The notes under the pieces: generated by a model | What the model saw: only the letters and a program-made list of their open reading frames with translations | Told to the model about the DNA's origin: nothing | Database searches by the model: none | Translations under genes and position numbers: made by a program | In this document: piece by piece, positions 13,753 to 25,000 of the stretch | Position numbering within the stretch: the first letter of the stretch is position 1 | How the letters are laid out: every line of letters starts with the position of its first letter | Assembly (NCBI GenBank): GCA_032718475.1 | Contig: JAUCBJ010000365.1 | Location: forward strand, 1-64,000 | DNA length: 64,000 nucleotides | Reading direction: 5' to 3' | From: Nemertoderma westbladi | Lineage: Eukaryota > Animalia > Xenacoelomorpha

Positions 13753-13966
13753 GGGGGGGGGGGGGGGGGGGGGGTGGGTTGACTTTCGACGCAATAAAAA
13801 TTCATCCCTCTCCGGGAAATTAAGTAATGATTACTCCCAAATTAAAAATTGTGACTGTGTTCTATTGAGTTTCGTTATAAGTATTGTTATTATAACGTGC
13901 CACTGTAACCTGCTCCTTTCTCTAAATTGAGAAATATTAATTCGCTGAGATGGGATTTACGTTCAG

Positions 13967-13997
<31 letters not shown>
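13753..13997. mobile_element. ~250-bp dispersed element bounded by poly-G and poly-C runs
   Basis: Related copies at 17328-17510, 24571-24801 and 29568-29820 share cgacgcaataaaa(a)ttcatccctctcc and related blocks. Confidence 0.6.
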
Positions 13998-14057
13998 ACT
14001 GACTCCCAAACAAAAAGCCCCCCCCTAACAGAATCAAAAGCTAAACTAAATAATCAC

Positions 14058-14370
14058 CTGTCTGGGAACCAATAATTCATGGATCTCTTTTCAATGGATT
14101 TTTCATCATTATTTCCCGTCGCTTCATAACGTTTCGTTAAGGAACTCAAGGCAGCCACTCTATCAGCCGCACCGGGTGGTTTAGGTAACGTATCCGGGTT
14201 AACTGCGTCTCTTTTCTCCGGTTGATCTTCCACATCAACAATCGAACCTTCAACTGACATTTTCTCAAAGTTTTTCCTATGATTCACCATGTATGGTTCT
14301 GTACTTGCTTTCTTAATATTGTTTGGATCAACTTCACTTGGAACTTCTGTTTGCGCTCTATCCATAGACA
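14058..14370 (-). CDS. Paralogue A exon 2 (pro-region with KR sites)
   Basis: SMDRAQTEV...EKRDAVNPDTLPKPPGAADRVAALSSLTKR...EKRSMNYWFPDR; GT/AG. Confidence 0.8.
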
Positions 14371-15280
14371 CTGAAACAAACAAAGGGCAGCGATGAATAT
14401 GAAATATGAAAAATATGAACCCACGGGTGGTTTTTGTTATAACTCTTAAACAAACCAGTTTATAATCTGAAAGTTTAAAACTTTTCCTCAAAATATTTTG
14501 TCTTTCTAATATTGCAAACTGTTCTTAAAAATATTTGGCAATTTTCGAACTAAAGCACCATTTTAAGGAGTTTTTACCCCCTCCTTAGGTAAAATGTTCA
14601 CATTTTGGTGTTTTATTTCATCTGACGCTCATATGAGGATTTCATATCTTAAAACGGCTTAGCGAGATCTTTTTTAGTTCTCGAGTTATTGCTGTCTTTC
14701 AGTCTAGCAATTTGTCCGTCAAAATTAAAGAAGGCAGACAGACATACTCACCATTAGACCTACACGCATGATTACACCAAACATTTAAACTGACATTAAA
14801 ACGGAAATGAATCACCAACCCAGAATTACAAATTCCACTGTTTTCACATCTAAGAATGGTACTCATTACAGATTACTCATGTGTGACTCTGATAATTATT
14901 TTTGATACTCTGTTTAAAAAATCTACATTTTGATAAACTGCAATCGTGGCAACAGCTAATAGGTTTTCAGGAAATAAATCTTAAAATATTGACCAATAAT
15001 AACAAAAATTTAATATTTATGTTTATTATTATTATTTTTGTTATGTTATTATTATTTATATATTATGGTTTTGTTCAGTGTTGTACACCTTTAATTACGT
15101 TACATTAACTGTTCAACTCCAATTCATTTATTTTAAATAATATTCGTGTCTATTTCAGAGAAAATAGACTTGCAGCAGATGGTTGATTTTTTATTCTATG
15201 AGATACGGAATTTTATGGGCTTTCTGAATATCGAAACCATCTTTAATATCTTCTCTATCGGTTGAAATGTTATGAGGGAT

Positions 15281-16360
15281 TACTATTACTACTACTAGGT
15301 CGAGCGATCTCGAACAGTGGAAATGAGATCCTTCCAGGCTTCCCGATTCTCCATAGTTGTCGCAATTTCGTTTCTCCTAAGTTCAGTATCCCTTTCAAGT
15401 TGACCTATATATGTTATGGCCGGTCGTCCACGACTAAGCTTTCCATGAGTTGGTTGCCAGAAAAGTAGATCTGGTATGACCTCGTCTTTACTTCGCCAGC
15501 AGTGCCCACTGAATCTTAATCTGCGTTCATGGAGGGTGGTTGATAGAGGTGGTAGTGTACCTGTGGTAGTGGTAGTGTATTTGTCATGTGTTGTTTCCTT
15601 GTGTAGCAACCATCAATTCGTTGTTCAAGAGATTTCGTCATTGTCCAGGTCTCACCCCCGTAAAAGGTACACTTTCCACTGTAGCTCGAAAGAACTTAGT
15701 CTTCAGGTGCCTGGAGTGATCTGATTTCCAGATGGTATCCATTTTTGATAGAGCTACCCATGCCTTTGCTTTCCTAACTTCTTCAGGTGCCTGGAGTGAT
15801 CTGATTTCCAGATGGTATCCATTTTTGATAGAGCTACCCATGCCTTTGCTTTCCTAACTTCTTCAGGTGCCTGGAGTGATCTGATTGCCAGATGGTATCC
15901 ATTTTTGATAGAGCTACCCATGCCTTTGCTTTCGTAACTTCCAGGTATTTTTTGCTACTCTCTATCCATGACCCAAGGTACTGGAGGTCCTTCACCCTTC
16001 CTTAGTTGCTTAGTGTCGATTGTTGTCAAGTTTCCATAAACATTAGAAGTCATGAATTCGGTCTTGGTAGCATTTATATGCAATCCAACCTCCTTAGCAG
16101 CCCTCTCCACTTTATTCAGTAGAAGCTGTGCATCTGCTAGCATATTAGAGAGCCGAGCGATGTCATCCACAAAGTCTGTGTCTGTGACTAGTTGCCGGCT
16201 ATCTACTACTTCTGTGCTCTTGACTCTTTGTGGCCGTCCTCATTGCGTAATCCAGTACAATTACGAATAGAAATGGTGCCAGTGTGTCACCTTGCAGTAC
16301 GCCAGCCAAGATTGAGAAGAACTCAGTTTCACCATCTGGTGAGAGTACCTGAGCTTCTCA
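15281..16360 (-). mobile_element. RTE-clade LINE 3' fragment (degenerate RT) with an internal 3x80-bp tandem duplication (15701-15940)
   Basis: DFVDDIA, GLHINATKTEFM, KAKAWVALSKMDTIWKS and RLRFSGHCWR motifs; (TAG)n-like tail at 15281-15298; same family as 53330-54270. Confidence 0.85.
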
Positions 16361-17032
16361 TCGGCATCATTGATGGCATCAAACTGTTGGTTTATAAGCT
16401 CCTGTAGATTAACAGAGTACTGCCCCTGTTCAGAGACTGTCAGTTGGTGGAGGGGTGCCAATATTTACATTGTATTACTTGGTGCATGTGAACCTTATTT
16501 GATAATGTGTTTAAAGGGAATAACTAATTATCTAAATTGCCCCACCATTGCGACTGTGATACCTTGGTATCTTTATGGTGATTTTTGTATTGTACTCACT
16601 ACAGTTTACTCAGGGGTAACTCAGATAATTATTTTTCAATTCTCCGTAACAAAATCTACATTTTCTATTCTGCAATCGAGGCAACATCTAATAGTTTTCT
16701 CAAAATTAATCTTAAAATTTTGACCAATAATAATAAAAATTCAATATATATTATTTCAATGCCATTATAATAATAGCGGGGTTTGTTTGGGAACCTTCCA
16801 TGCTTTCCCTTTTCAGCAATTTTCGGCAATTACACCTACATTTCCTTCCCTTCCAGAGAAGGAATAAGCCTAAGTTTCGTCAGGAGTTCTTTTTGCTATT
16901 AACAAATACACCAACATTGGGGGGCAGCTTCTTCTAAGATGTGCAACAACATTAAAATTTAAACTCTAAATTTTGATAATATCTTTATACCTTAATAATG
17001 GAATAGTTAATCAGATAAATGTTATTTCCTAC

Positions 17033-17072
17033 CTGAGAAGAGGAAAAGGCCCACAAGACTGGTGAAATCCAT
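17033..17072 (-). CDS. Paralogue A exon 1 (signal peptide MDFTSLVGLFLFS)
   Basis: ATG at 17072, donor TCAG|GTAGG, phase 1 matches exon 2; homologous to exon 1 of B. Confidence 0.75.
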
Positions 17073-17149
17073 CTTCCTAAATCGTCGTCCAAGTTATTAG
17101 ATATTTATCAATTCTGAAAATATTAATCCCAAACCTGACTAGTTCTATC

Positions 17150-17157
17150 TATATATA
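17150..17157 (-). promoter_or_regulatory. Candidate TATA box, paralogue A
   Basis: TATATATA about 80 nt upstream of the ATG, in a block conserved upstream of paralogue B. Confidence 0.5.
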
Positions 17158-17771
17158 CGAAACAAGATGAGCTATTAATTTTTACTACAGTGAATTAATG
17201 AGGGTTTTTGAACAGCAGGGCTGCGGCTTAAAACATTTTTGAGACCGAGAACTAATAGCAGGGGTTATGAGTTTCTAATTCTAATCGATATACAATTACT
17301 CAGACACACAGAACCACTTATCAAGATGGGGGGGGGGGGGGGGGGGGGGTGGACTTTCAACGCAATCAAAATTCATCCCTCCCCTGGAGAAAATCAACGC
17401 AAGTAACAGCTGATTACTCACAAAAATATAACTGTAAACGGTTGTATTGACTTTCGTTTATTGTTTTGGTTAGAATAACGTCCCACTGTAATCTGCTTAA
17501 TTTCCTAAATTTGTACTTTAATTTGATACTAAATATTAATTACTGTAAAGTACTTTGCAACAAGTATGTATGTAGTTACATGTACATTATAAGTGATAGA
17601 AACTGCACAAATTATATTAGTTGCTGTATAAATAAATGTAAAATGACGTGGCGTTTAGAGCCATGTTATAATAATATAGCTAGGCCCTACTGGTTATTAA
17701 TAGCTATACCCCGCCTACCGGTAGGTAATGCAGTAGGCCCATCTGGCTGTCAGGCAAATTTCCACCTATTT

Positions 17772-17852
17772 TTTACGTGGTATCCAATGACGGCGTTAAG
17801 TAATGTCCCCTTAGTGGACATTACTTAACGCCGTCATGGGTTACCACGTAAA
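17772..17852. repeat. ~80-bp inverted repeat / hairpin
   Basis: ATGACGGCGTTAAGTAATGTCC ... GGACATTACTTAACGCCGTCAT is a perfect 22-bp stem, with an outer TTTACGTGGTA/TACCACGTAAA arm. Confidence 0.85.
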
Positions 17853-20229
17853 CAATAACACCAAATACAATACTAAATGTACAGGCCAATACAATGCTGT
17901 ATTGTCCTCTAAAGTTGTAAAGTGCTAAATAACAACTCGCTGTTAATAATAACGTCGTTGAGTAATGTTACAATTTTGGAATAAAATAATTAACTTTGAT
18001 CAAATTATATAAGGTAATTAATTATTTAATTGTTTTAAATTATTCAATTATTACTAATTAATGGGGTGCCATATTTTTGGGTACAAATGAACCATGTTGG
18101 GTATATTGACATTAAAACAAATAAATAAATATTTTACAATATCGTCATGGCAGATGCGTTAATACATTTTATACATTGAATAACATTTAACAGAACTTGT
18201 ATACTGTAAAGTACGCTTTACAATGGGTACAATTTGCGGTAACGAAATTAACATTAACATCAGTAATTAATTACTTATAATTTGTACCGTTTTCTTGTAT
18301 GTATTAGTTGTGTACATGTAATATAATGTTAGACAGAATAATATGTTGTTATCTATATCATGTTAATGGGAAATTTAATATTATTCTTTAGAAATAGTAT
18401 TAATATGTTTATAGAGAATTGAATCTAAGTGATTGACATGTTTTGTGATTTAGTTATCTTATACATTACCACGAGAAAATTACTTAGTCGCCACATTAAT
18501 TATTGCTTAAAATTACACCAAATCATAACTCAGTGTTTCCAATAGTTATACCAATAATAATTTAAAAATAGTATAAAATATATCCATCATTGGTACTTGG
18601 GCGTGTAACTTGAGATAATTCTATGCTTTGCGATGGCGCTTTTGTAACTTACACAATTTTACTAACAAACAATTTGTACAACTTTAAAACTTTCACTCCA
18701 ATTTGGCCAGTATCGAAATATCAAGTCGATTGATTCTCCCAATATAATTCCTGACAATAATACGGGCTTACTAACAGTTCTGTTCAGGGTGTCGTGCCCA
18801 AGATATCAAACTTATAGGCAATCACAACATTAGGCTAAGAGAGATCACAGTGGTTATGTCCTTTGGGGACATGGATTCTAAACTCTGGCTGCAATACACT
18901 GTTTGACACAAACTGCTGACGATTGGGTAATTTTGTTTATGAATAACGTTAATGCTACAGCTCACACATGTTGGGGCTACAAAATAATATAGGCAGGCTA
19001 TTTCATACATACCAGTGCAATTAACCAGAAGGCTACTCAACCCACTAGAACCCGTCACTGTTGATGTGAAGAACAAACAGTTCGACGTTATCCAATATTA
19101 ATATGCCTCCAAATATCTTGATATAGTTTTATAACATAAACAATAATTACACAAATTGCAATACAGAAGAAGCCGACCGGTAGGCCGGTAAGCATCAGTT
19201 AATCAAGAGTCAGCACAATACTGACATGCAGTCAACATGCAGTCAGTGCATCCAGTCTACAGTTTCTGTCGCCATAGGTTCGTCCTGTACTTCACCACTA
19301 ACCTTTGTACTGAAGACCGTCTCCTCTCTCTCTCTCTGAGAATCCTCTCCGAAGGGCCCGCACAGAACCAGCCCACTCTAGTTCGACCATCATATGTTTG
19401 CAAAGGCTGGGGATTTGCAGGTCGTTTCTCCAAGACAAGAACAATTCGGACACAAACAAAAGTTGTGTTTTTATATTAATTTTACTTGAATTACTTTTAT
19501 TATTGATGACGACGATCTGGTTCTACATTGTGATTAGGGTTAAGATTGATGAGTTTGGTGGACAAGGTCAGGTTCAGGGAATATACTATTGGTGAAAGTG
19601 AGAATGTTTTAATGACTCAGACTCAGGAATTACTGTAGGCTTCACTAAATCAGAGACAATCAAAAAGTGAGGTTGAAAAATCGAGGGTTGTTAGAATTCA
19701 TAATAATAATAATCGTGTGGCCGGTAACCTGCCACATAAGCCAACTCATTAACAAAGAGCTGCTTGACTGGCGCAATTACTTTTTTTTACTTTCAGTTTG
19801 GAACTGGCCATCAGTATACTGATTGATGGGTAGCACACGGTGAATAAGTGCACATACAATTTAGATCAACTGCGTAAATAAGTAAATGTGCCCAAAGTAT
19901 CGCGATATAAACAAATGTATCCGTATATGGATATTGATAATAGATCAATACACATATCTAACAGATAATACAACAATCTGGGCATACATAGAAAATCTTA
20001 CAATACGAACACATAGAGGTAAGCTATAAAGCATAAGATCAGATTACATATCAAACTATATTGCGCTGAGCTTATTTGAGAATATGAGTATCAAAATGAG
20101 AGTATTATCCACAGTGTCAATATGGTATTCTCAGTATCTACATATATACATGCAAGGTCAACACAGAGTATTAGAGAACACAAAAAACGGGTCTCTGAAG
20201 TTGTGGCGCCTACATGGTGATTATGATCT

Positions 20230-21300
20230 CTTAAAACCATAATAATTAAGGGGCTGTAAGTTTCTACGGGAGCATGATGATGCCAGTGTGGGTGCCACTA
20301 TGCCACTCTCACTGTTAGATGGCAGGGGTACTGAGCTGGTTCCGGTGATTGGAGGGGCGCCCAGTGGTGGTACATTCACCAGTAGCGTCAGCAACTACGG
20401 GAGTAGGAAGAGTGGGCGTAGAGGTGGGATGATGCTCATCATCATCCTCATCCGAAGAATCTGGAGGACATTCAGGGGGTGGATCGTGGTATGGCACATA
20501 GTAGCATTCTGACTGAAGGTCGCGGTAGGCATGGGCTGGGCATGTAGCTGATGTCCAGCAAATTTCCAGACATGGCACCACTGCCCATCCAGTGTTGTTA
20601 TTGTTATAATGTAACGAGGACCACCCATTGTTTTGTTGCCATCTGTGTATAGGTTGACAAGATCACCAATGCGGAGGGTGTCTTGTGGGGGGTTATGACT
20701 GGGTGGTGGAGCTTGGACTGTTCGATTGACTGGGTGATTAGCTGATCGAACCTGCTGTTGTTGATCAATGAGGGCAGTGTCATTGATGGGAATCTGTTCC
20801 CCAGTGAACTGATCCCAGTGTGATATAATTTCGCAAGAGGCTAGTCCATACGAGCGGATATGGGCATTCAGGTTAGCCACAGCAAAAACAACAGTGAGGG
20901 GTGAGAAGGGTCCACAAGTGGGTTGTAAGCGTAATAATTATTCTTCTAGTTCATGCATTGCATGATTAGCTACAGGGTTTTTATTAACATTTTTGGGGCG
21001 ACCAATATCAAGGAGAAAATGGTGATGTGCAAGACTAGCATTGTTAGAAAAGGCTCGGAATACAGGTGCAGGGTCGAGTTGGATAGTGGCAGGTGGACCA
21101 TCGAGGGGATTCAGGCCGATAGAGCAAGTAATTCATCACAAAGTGTATCACAGCGCTCATCAGGGATGCTTGCATGCAGCTGTAAATGATGATAGTTTCT
21201 GACAGACTGTCTGGCACTGCTTCTGACAGATTTGTGGCACTCTTAATGTGTGTCATGGCTAGGCCAAACTGTGATACTGTGGTAAGGAGGGTGGGAAGAC
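20230..21300 (-). mobile_element. Degenerate LTR-retrotransposon (Gypsy-like) integrase C-terminal relic
   Basis: LNAHIRSYGLAS...DQFTGEQIPIND...IGDLVNLYTDGNK resembles the C-terminal region of invertebrate Gypsy integrases; interrupted by frameshifts and stops. Confidence 0.5.
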
Positions 21301-21754
21301 GGAGACTAGCTGAGATCTATGATCTTGGTTTGCTATCTGAGAGACTGGAGGGAGCTCATAAGCTGTTATTTAGCCTATAGGAGGCTGCACCAAGCGTTGT
21401 CCTCTTAGTGAATAGCACAAATACCATAATTCTGACAGTACACATGGATTCAAAACAGCAGGAAATAACTTGTGCTAACATTAAATGGTGGGATGTACTG
21501 GTAAGTCATGTGAATGAATTCTGCTACATTGGATCATGGGTTCGGAGGTCTGGTGAAGATCTCCGAATTCGCACAGGAAGGCCCGTTCTACTATTTCCGG
21601 TTGGAATTGACTAAATAACATTATTGACAAAACCGTAAGAGTGAAGATAATTTATTATATTTAGCTTTATAATGTGTACAGGTACCATTTGTAAACAATC
21701 CGATCACCATAAATGTAACAAACAATGTGAAGCATTCTGATCTAATTTCTATGG

Positions 21755-22060
21755 TTACAGTTCCATGGCAGTTGCTGAACCGGAAGTAAGAATGGTTGCT
21801 TCGGGAAGGATGTCAGACATGTTGGGTTTACAGGAACAACTTCCAGCCACGGTAAATAGAGTAGAATCGGTGTATTCTCCGCAAGTAGACATATGGCAGG
21901 CCCGGACACTGGCTATATAAGAAGTGCCATTGGGAAGGTCCCTGATAATAGCCTCTGGAGTGGAGACAGTCCAACCATATTGAAAGGAAGAACTTTCGTC
22001 TTTGATGAGTAGTTGGTAGGTATTTGGGAGGTCACCATTATGTCCAGGTGCCCAGTTCAC
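21755..22060 (-). CDS. Paralogue B exon 8 (FN3, stop)
   Basis: VNWAPGHNGDLPNTYQL...; AG acceptor. Confidence 0.88.
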   Translation of the reverse strand: MNWAPGHNGDLPNTYQLLIKDESSSFQYGWTVSTPEAIIRDLPNGTSYIASVRACHMSTCGEYTDSTLFTVAGSCSCKPNMSDILPEATILTSGSATAMEL

Positions 22061-25000
22061 CTAAAATAACATACGATGAACAAAATATATAATTCTTCAA
22101 TCATTCTGTATATTAAAATATACATCCACATATAAAAGGATTAAAAATTAGACAAATTTTAACCCATATATATTTTAAAATATGCTGAGTTGGAAGTTAT
22201 ACCTTGATATTTCCATCAGCGAGAGCTATCGCCGACACAGATTTAGGTGGATCCGGTGCGAAATGATGCCAACAGTATCCGCAAGTAGCTCGGCATACCG
22301 AGAACATAAACCCAGGATTATTTCTGCATTCCCCAATATCTTTCCAATATCCACATGCCGAACTTCCATCATCACAAGTTTCTCCCAAAGCAGCTACACT
22401 GGCGGATTCCAAATGGAAGTGATTGAATGTGTACCACATGAACACGTTGTTCTTGCAATGTCCTTTAACCCACTGAAATAAGAAACAAAGGGGTTATAGT
22501 CAAGGAGGAGCTCCATGCAAAATATGTCTGTCACACAGAAAAATAAATAATCAAAATCACAAAATATATAACATAGGAAATCCTGTGAGAGGAAACCAAT
22601 ATATAAACCATGCAGTTGCATCCATAACTTTTCAGTCTAGGACCTATTTTCTTATTTCAGGCAAACCCGTCAAAATATTAGAAAGCATCATATAATAAAT
22701 TGATAATATAATGTTAATTTATGATGGATGTCCTAACGACGTTTTACATTTTAAGTCAATTACTATAAAGTCTAACAGAACTGTATCCAATTATCATACA
22801 TCATGGTCTGGTTTAATAATTTGATTGTTATTGAATGACATGTGATGCATCTGCCTGATACATGTGCTTGTGTCCGCTAATAATATGTGTCCTCTATTCT
22901 TTCAATATTTACGGAGTTTACTGGATATTGTGATTATAATAGAGATTGATAGAGATGTGATAGAGATTATGATTGAGATTATGATATACTGATATAGGGC
23001 CTACTTCAGGGAATTCACGATATTTTTTTCTTGATATACTTACAGTTATATCAGGATCTTCTCTACTTTCAAGCTTTATGATTTCATTTTGACAAGGGAA
23101 GATTTTCTCAGTTAGATCGTAGGCCGCTCTATCATAACTTTTTAACTCATTTCGAGTGTTGACGAAATTCTTGATGCCATCGCAACTTCCATCAGCATTG
23201 CTGGATTCCACGGATTGACCGAAATAGTGCATCATGTTCTCTCCCATCCATTCAGCTGCATTAACAGCACCTTGAAAGTGAAAATAATGACTATTTATAT
23301 ATCGCCCTTTTATGTAGCTCAATATAGGAAAACAGTATGATTCGTTATGGTGGCAAATACCTAATTAACAGTAATTATAATTGACAGTTTGTGTCTCCTA
23401 TAAATTTATTAATGATCACAATCTGACTGAAATAATTTATAAATGCATCACGTTGGATATAGCTAAAGATAGACTATAGATGGAATATACTAAAAGGAGC
23501 CCTAATTTCTTCCAAGAAAACGACCAAGGGAGTATTGATAGTAAAGTTTACCAAATATCTAACTTACCATAACAGTTTACCCAAAGTGACTTCGATGTCT
23601 GCCAAGTATTATCTATATCAGCGTAAAGTTGAGGGTCGCCTCCCATGACACCAATTAGATGAATCCCATGGCCCAGTTCGTGAAGGTAGATGTTATTACC
23701 ATAGTAAGCATCTTCTGTGTAAGGATAATACAGAAGGTTCTCCTCAGCACCGGAACATAGTGGTTCCATCTGCGTTCCTCCCAAACCTGTAAGATATTTA
23801 TAAATATTTTAATGAGACATTGATTCCAACTGGCCATAAATGGACAGTTGATATTAATAGACAATACAGTAGCCCTACTGTATGTATTTCGAATATAATA
23901 GATTAATTTATTACACTGATAATCTGGGTTAGTTAATTACTGTTATAATCGAAGAGCCTTGACTGAAGTATAATTGACGAATTAATACCTCACCTCTAAC
24001 ACCACTATCAGCTCTGTTACGATGTTCAGGCATATCATTAGATGCTTCATCTTTAGACATAATTGCCACTCTCGCCTGAGAGTTATACATTGCGTTTCTG
24101 ATATCTTGTCTGGAAACAATAAATTATCAATTAGCAACAAACTAGTGAAGCAATTAGTTAAAGTGGACAAAACTCCAAAGAAATCTAGCAGATTCACAAT
24201 TCCTATCTAACCATAAGAACAAAGTAACAAACCCAACCTACTTATATAAAATCAGGGACCAGGAAATGATGTAACAAGTATAACCTACCTTAATCTAACA
24301 TCATAAACCAAGTAATGTAACAAGTATAACCTACCTATCTAACATCATGAACCAAGTAATGTAACAGGCTTTCCGAAGTGCCTCATCCGGAACATTTTCC
24401 GAACTGAGTATCGGAATTCCATAGGCGTGAAGGTATTTCTTATAGAAAGGATCCAAATTCATTTCGGCAACAACCGCGTTGGGAGGGGGAGAAACATGAC
24501 GACAGTTGACATTCCTCCAGGCATATCCTCTGAAAGTATTAAAATGTATGTAATTATATAGGTCATTACGCAAAAAAATTAATCCCTCTCCAGAGGAAAG
24601 TTGACGCAAATAACAGCTGATTAACCCCAAAAATAATAAAACTGTAACTTTTTCTATTGAGTTTCGTTTATTATTTTGATAGTTAGAATCATGTGCCACT
24701 GTAACCTGCTCCCTTCCCTCAATTGAGAATTTACCATTGAGGCGAGATATTAATTCGCTGAGATGGGATTTACGTTCAGTCCCCCCCCCCCCCCCCCCCC
24801 CACTGACTCCCAAACAAAAAGCCCCCCTAACAGAATCAAAAGCTAAACTAAATAATCACCTGTCTGGGAACCAATAATTCATGGATCTCTTTTCAATGGA
24901 TTTTTCATCATTATTTCCCGCCGGTTCGTAACGTTTCGTTAAGGAACTCAAGGCAGCCACTCTATCAGCCGCGCCGGGTGGTTTAGGTAACGTATCGGGG

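Larger units (their letters stand above)
10696..17072 (-). pseudogene. Paralogue A: secreted HExxH metallopeptidase-ShKT-FN3 gene, frameshifted in exon 3
   Basis: Exons 17033-17072, 14058-14370, 13468-13666, 12775-12890, 12313-12531, 11909-12135, 11308-11577, 10696-11001, all GT/AG with the same phases as B and C. Exon 3 is 199 nt versus 195 nt (+5 nt, -1 nt), giving ...KAYIVTLLGS-stop. Confidence 0.75.

Noticed and set aside
14752-14849. Possible extra Cys-rich exon (AG...GTGAGT) in intron 1 of A
   Set aside because: In the phase set by exon 1 it contains a TGA, it has no counterpart in B or C, and it abuts a repeat-like (CAGA)n segment.
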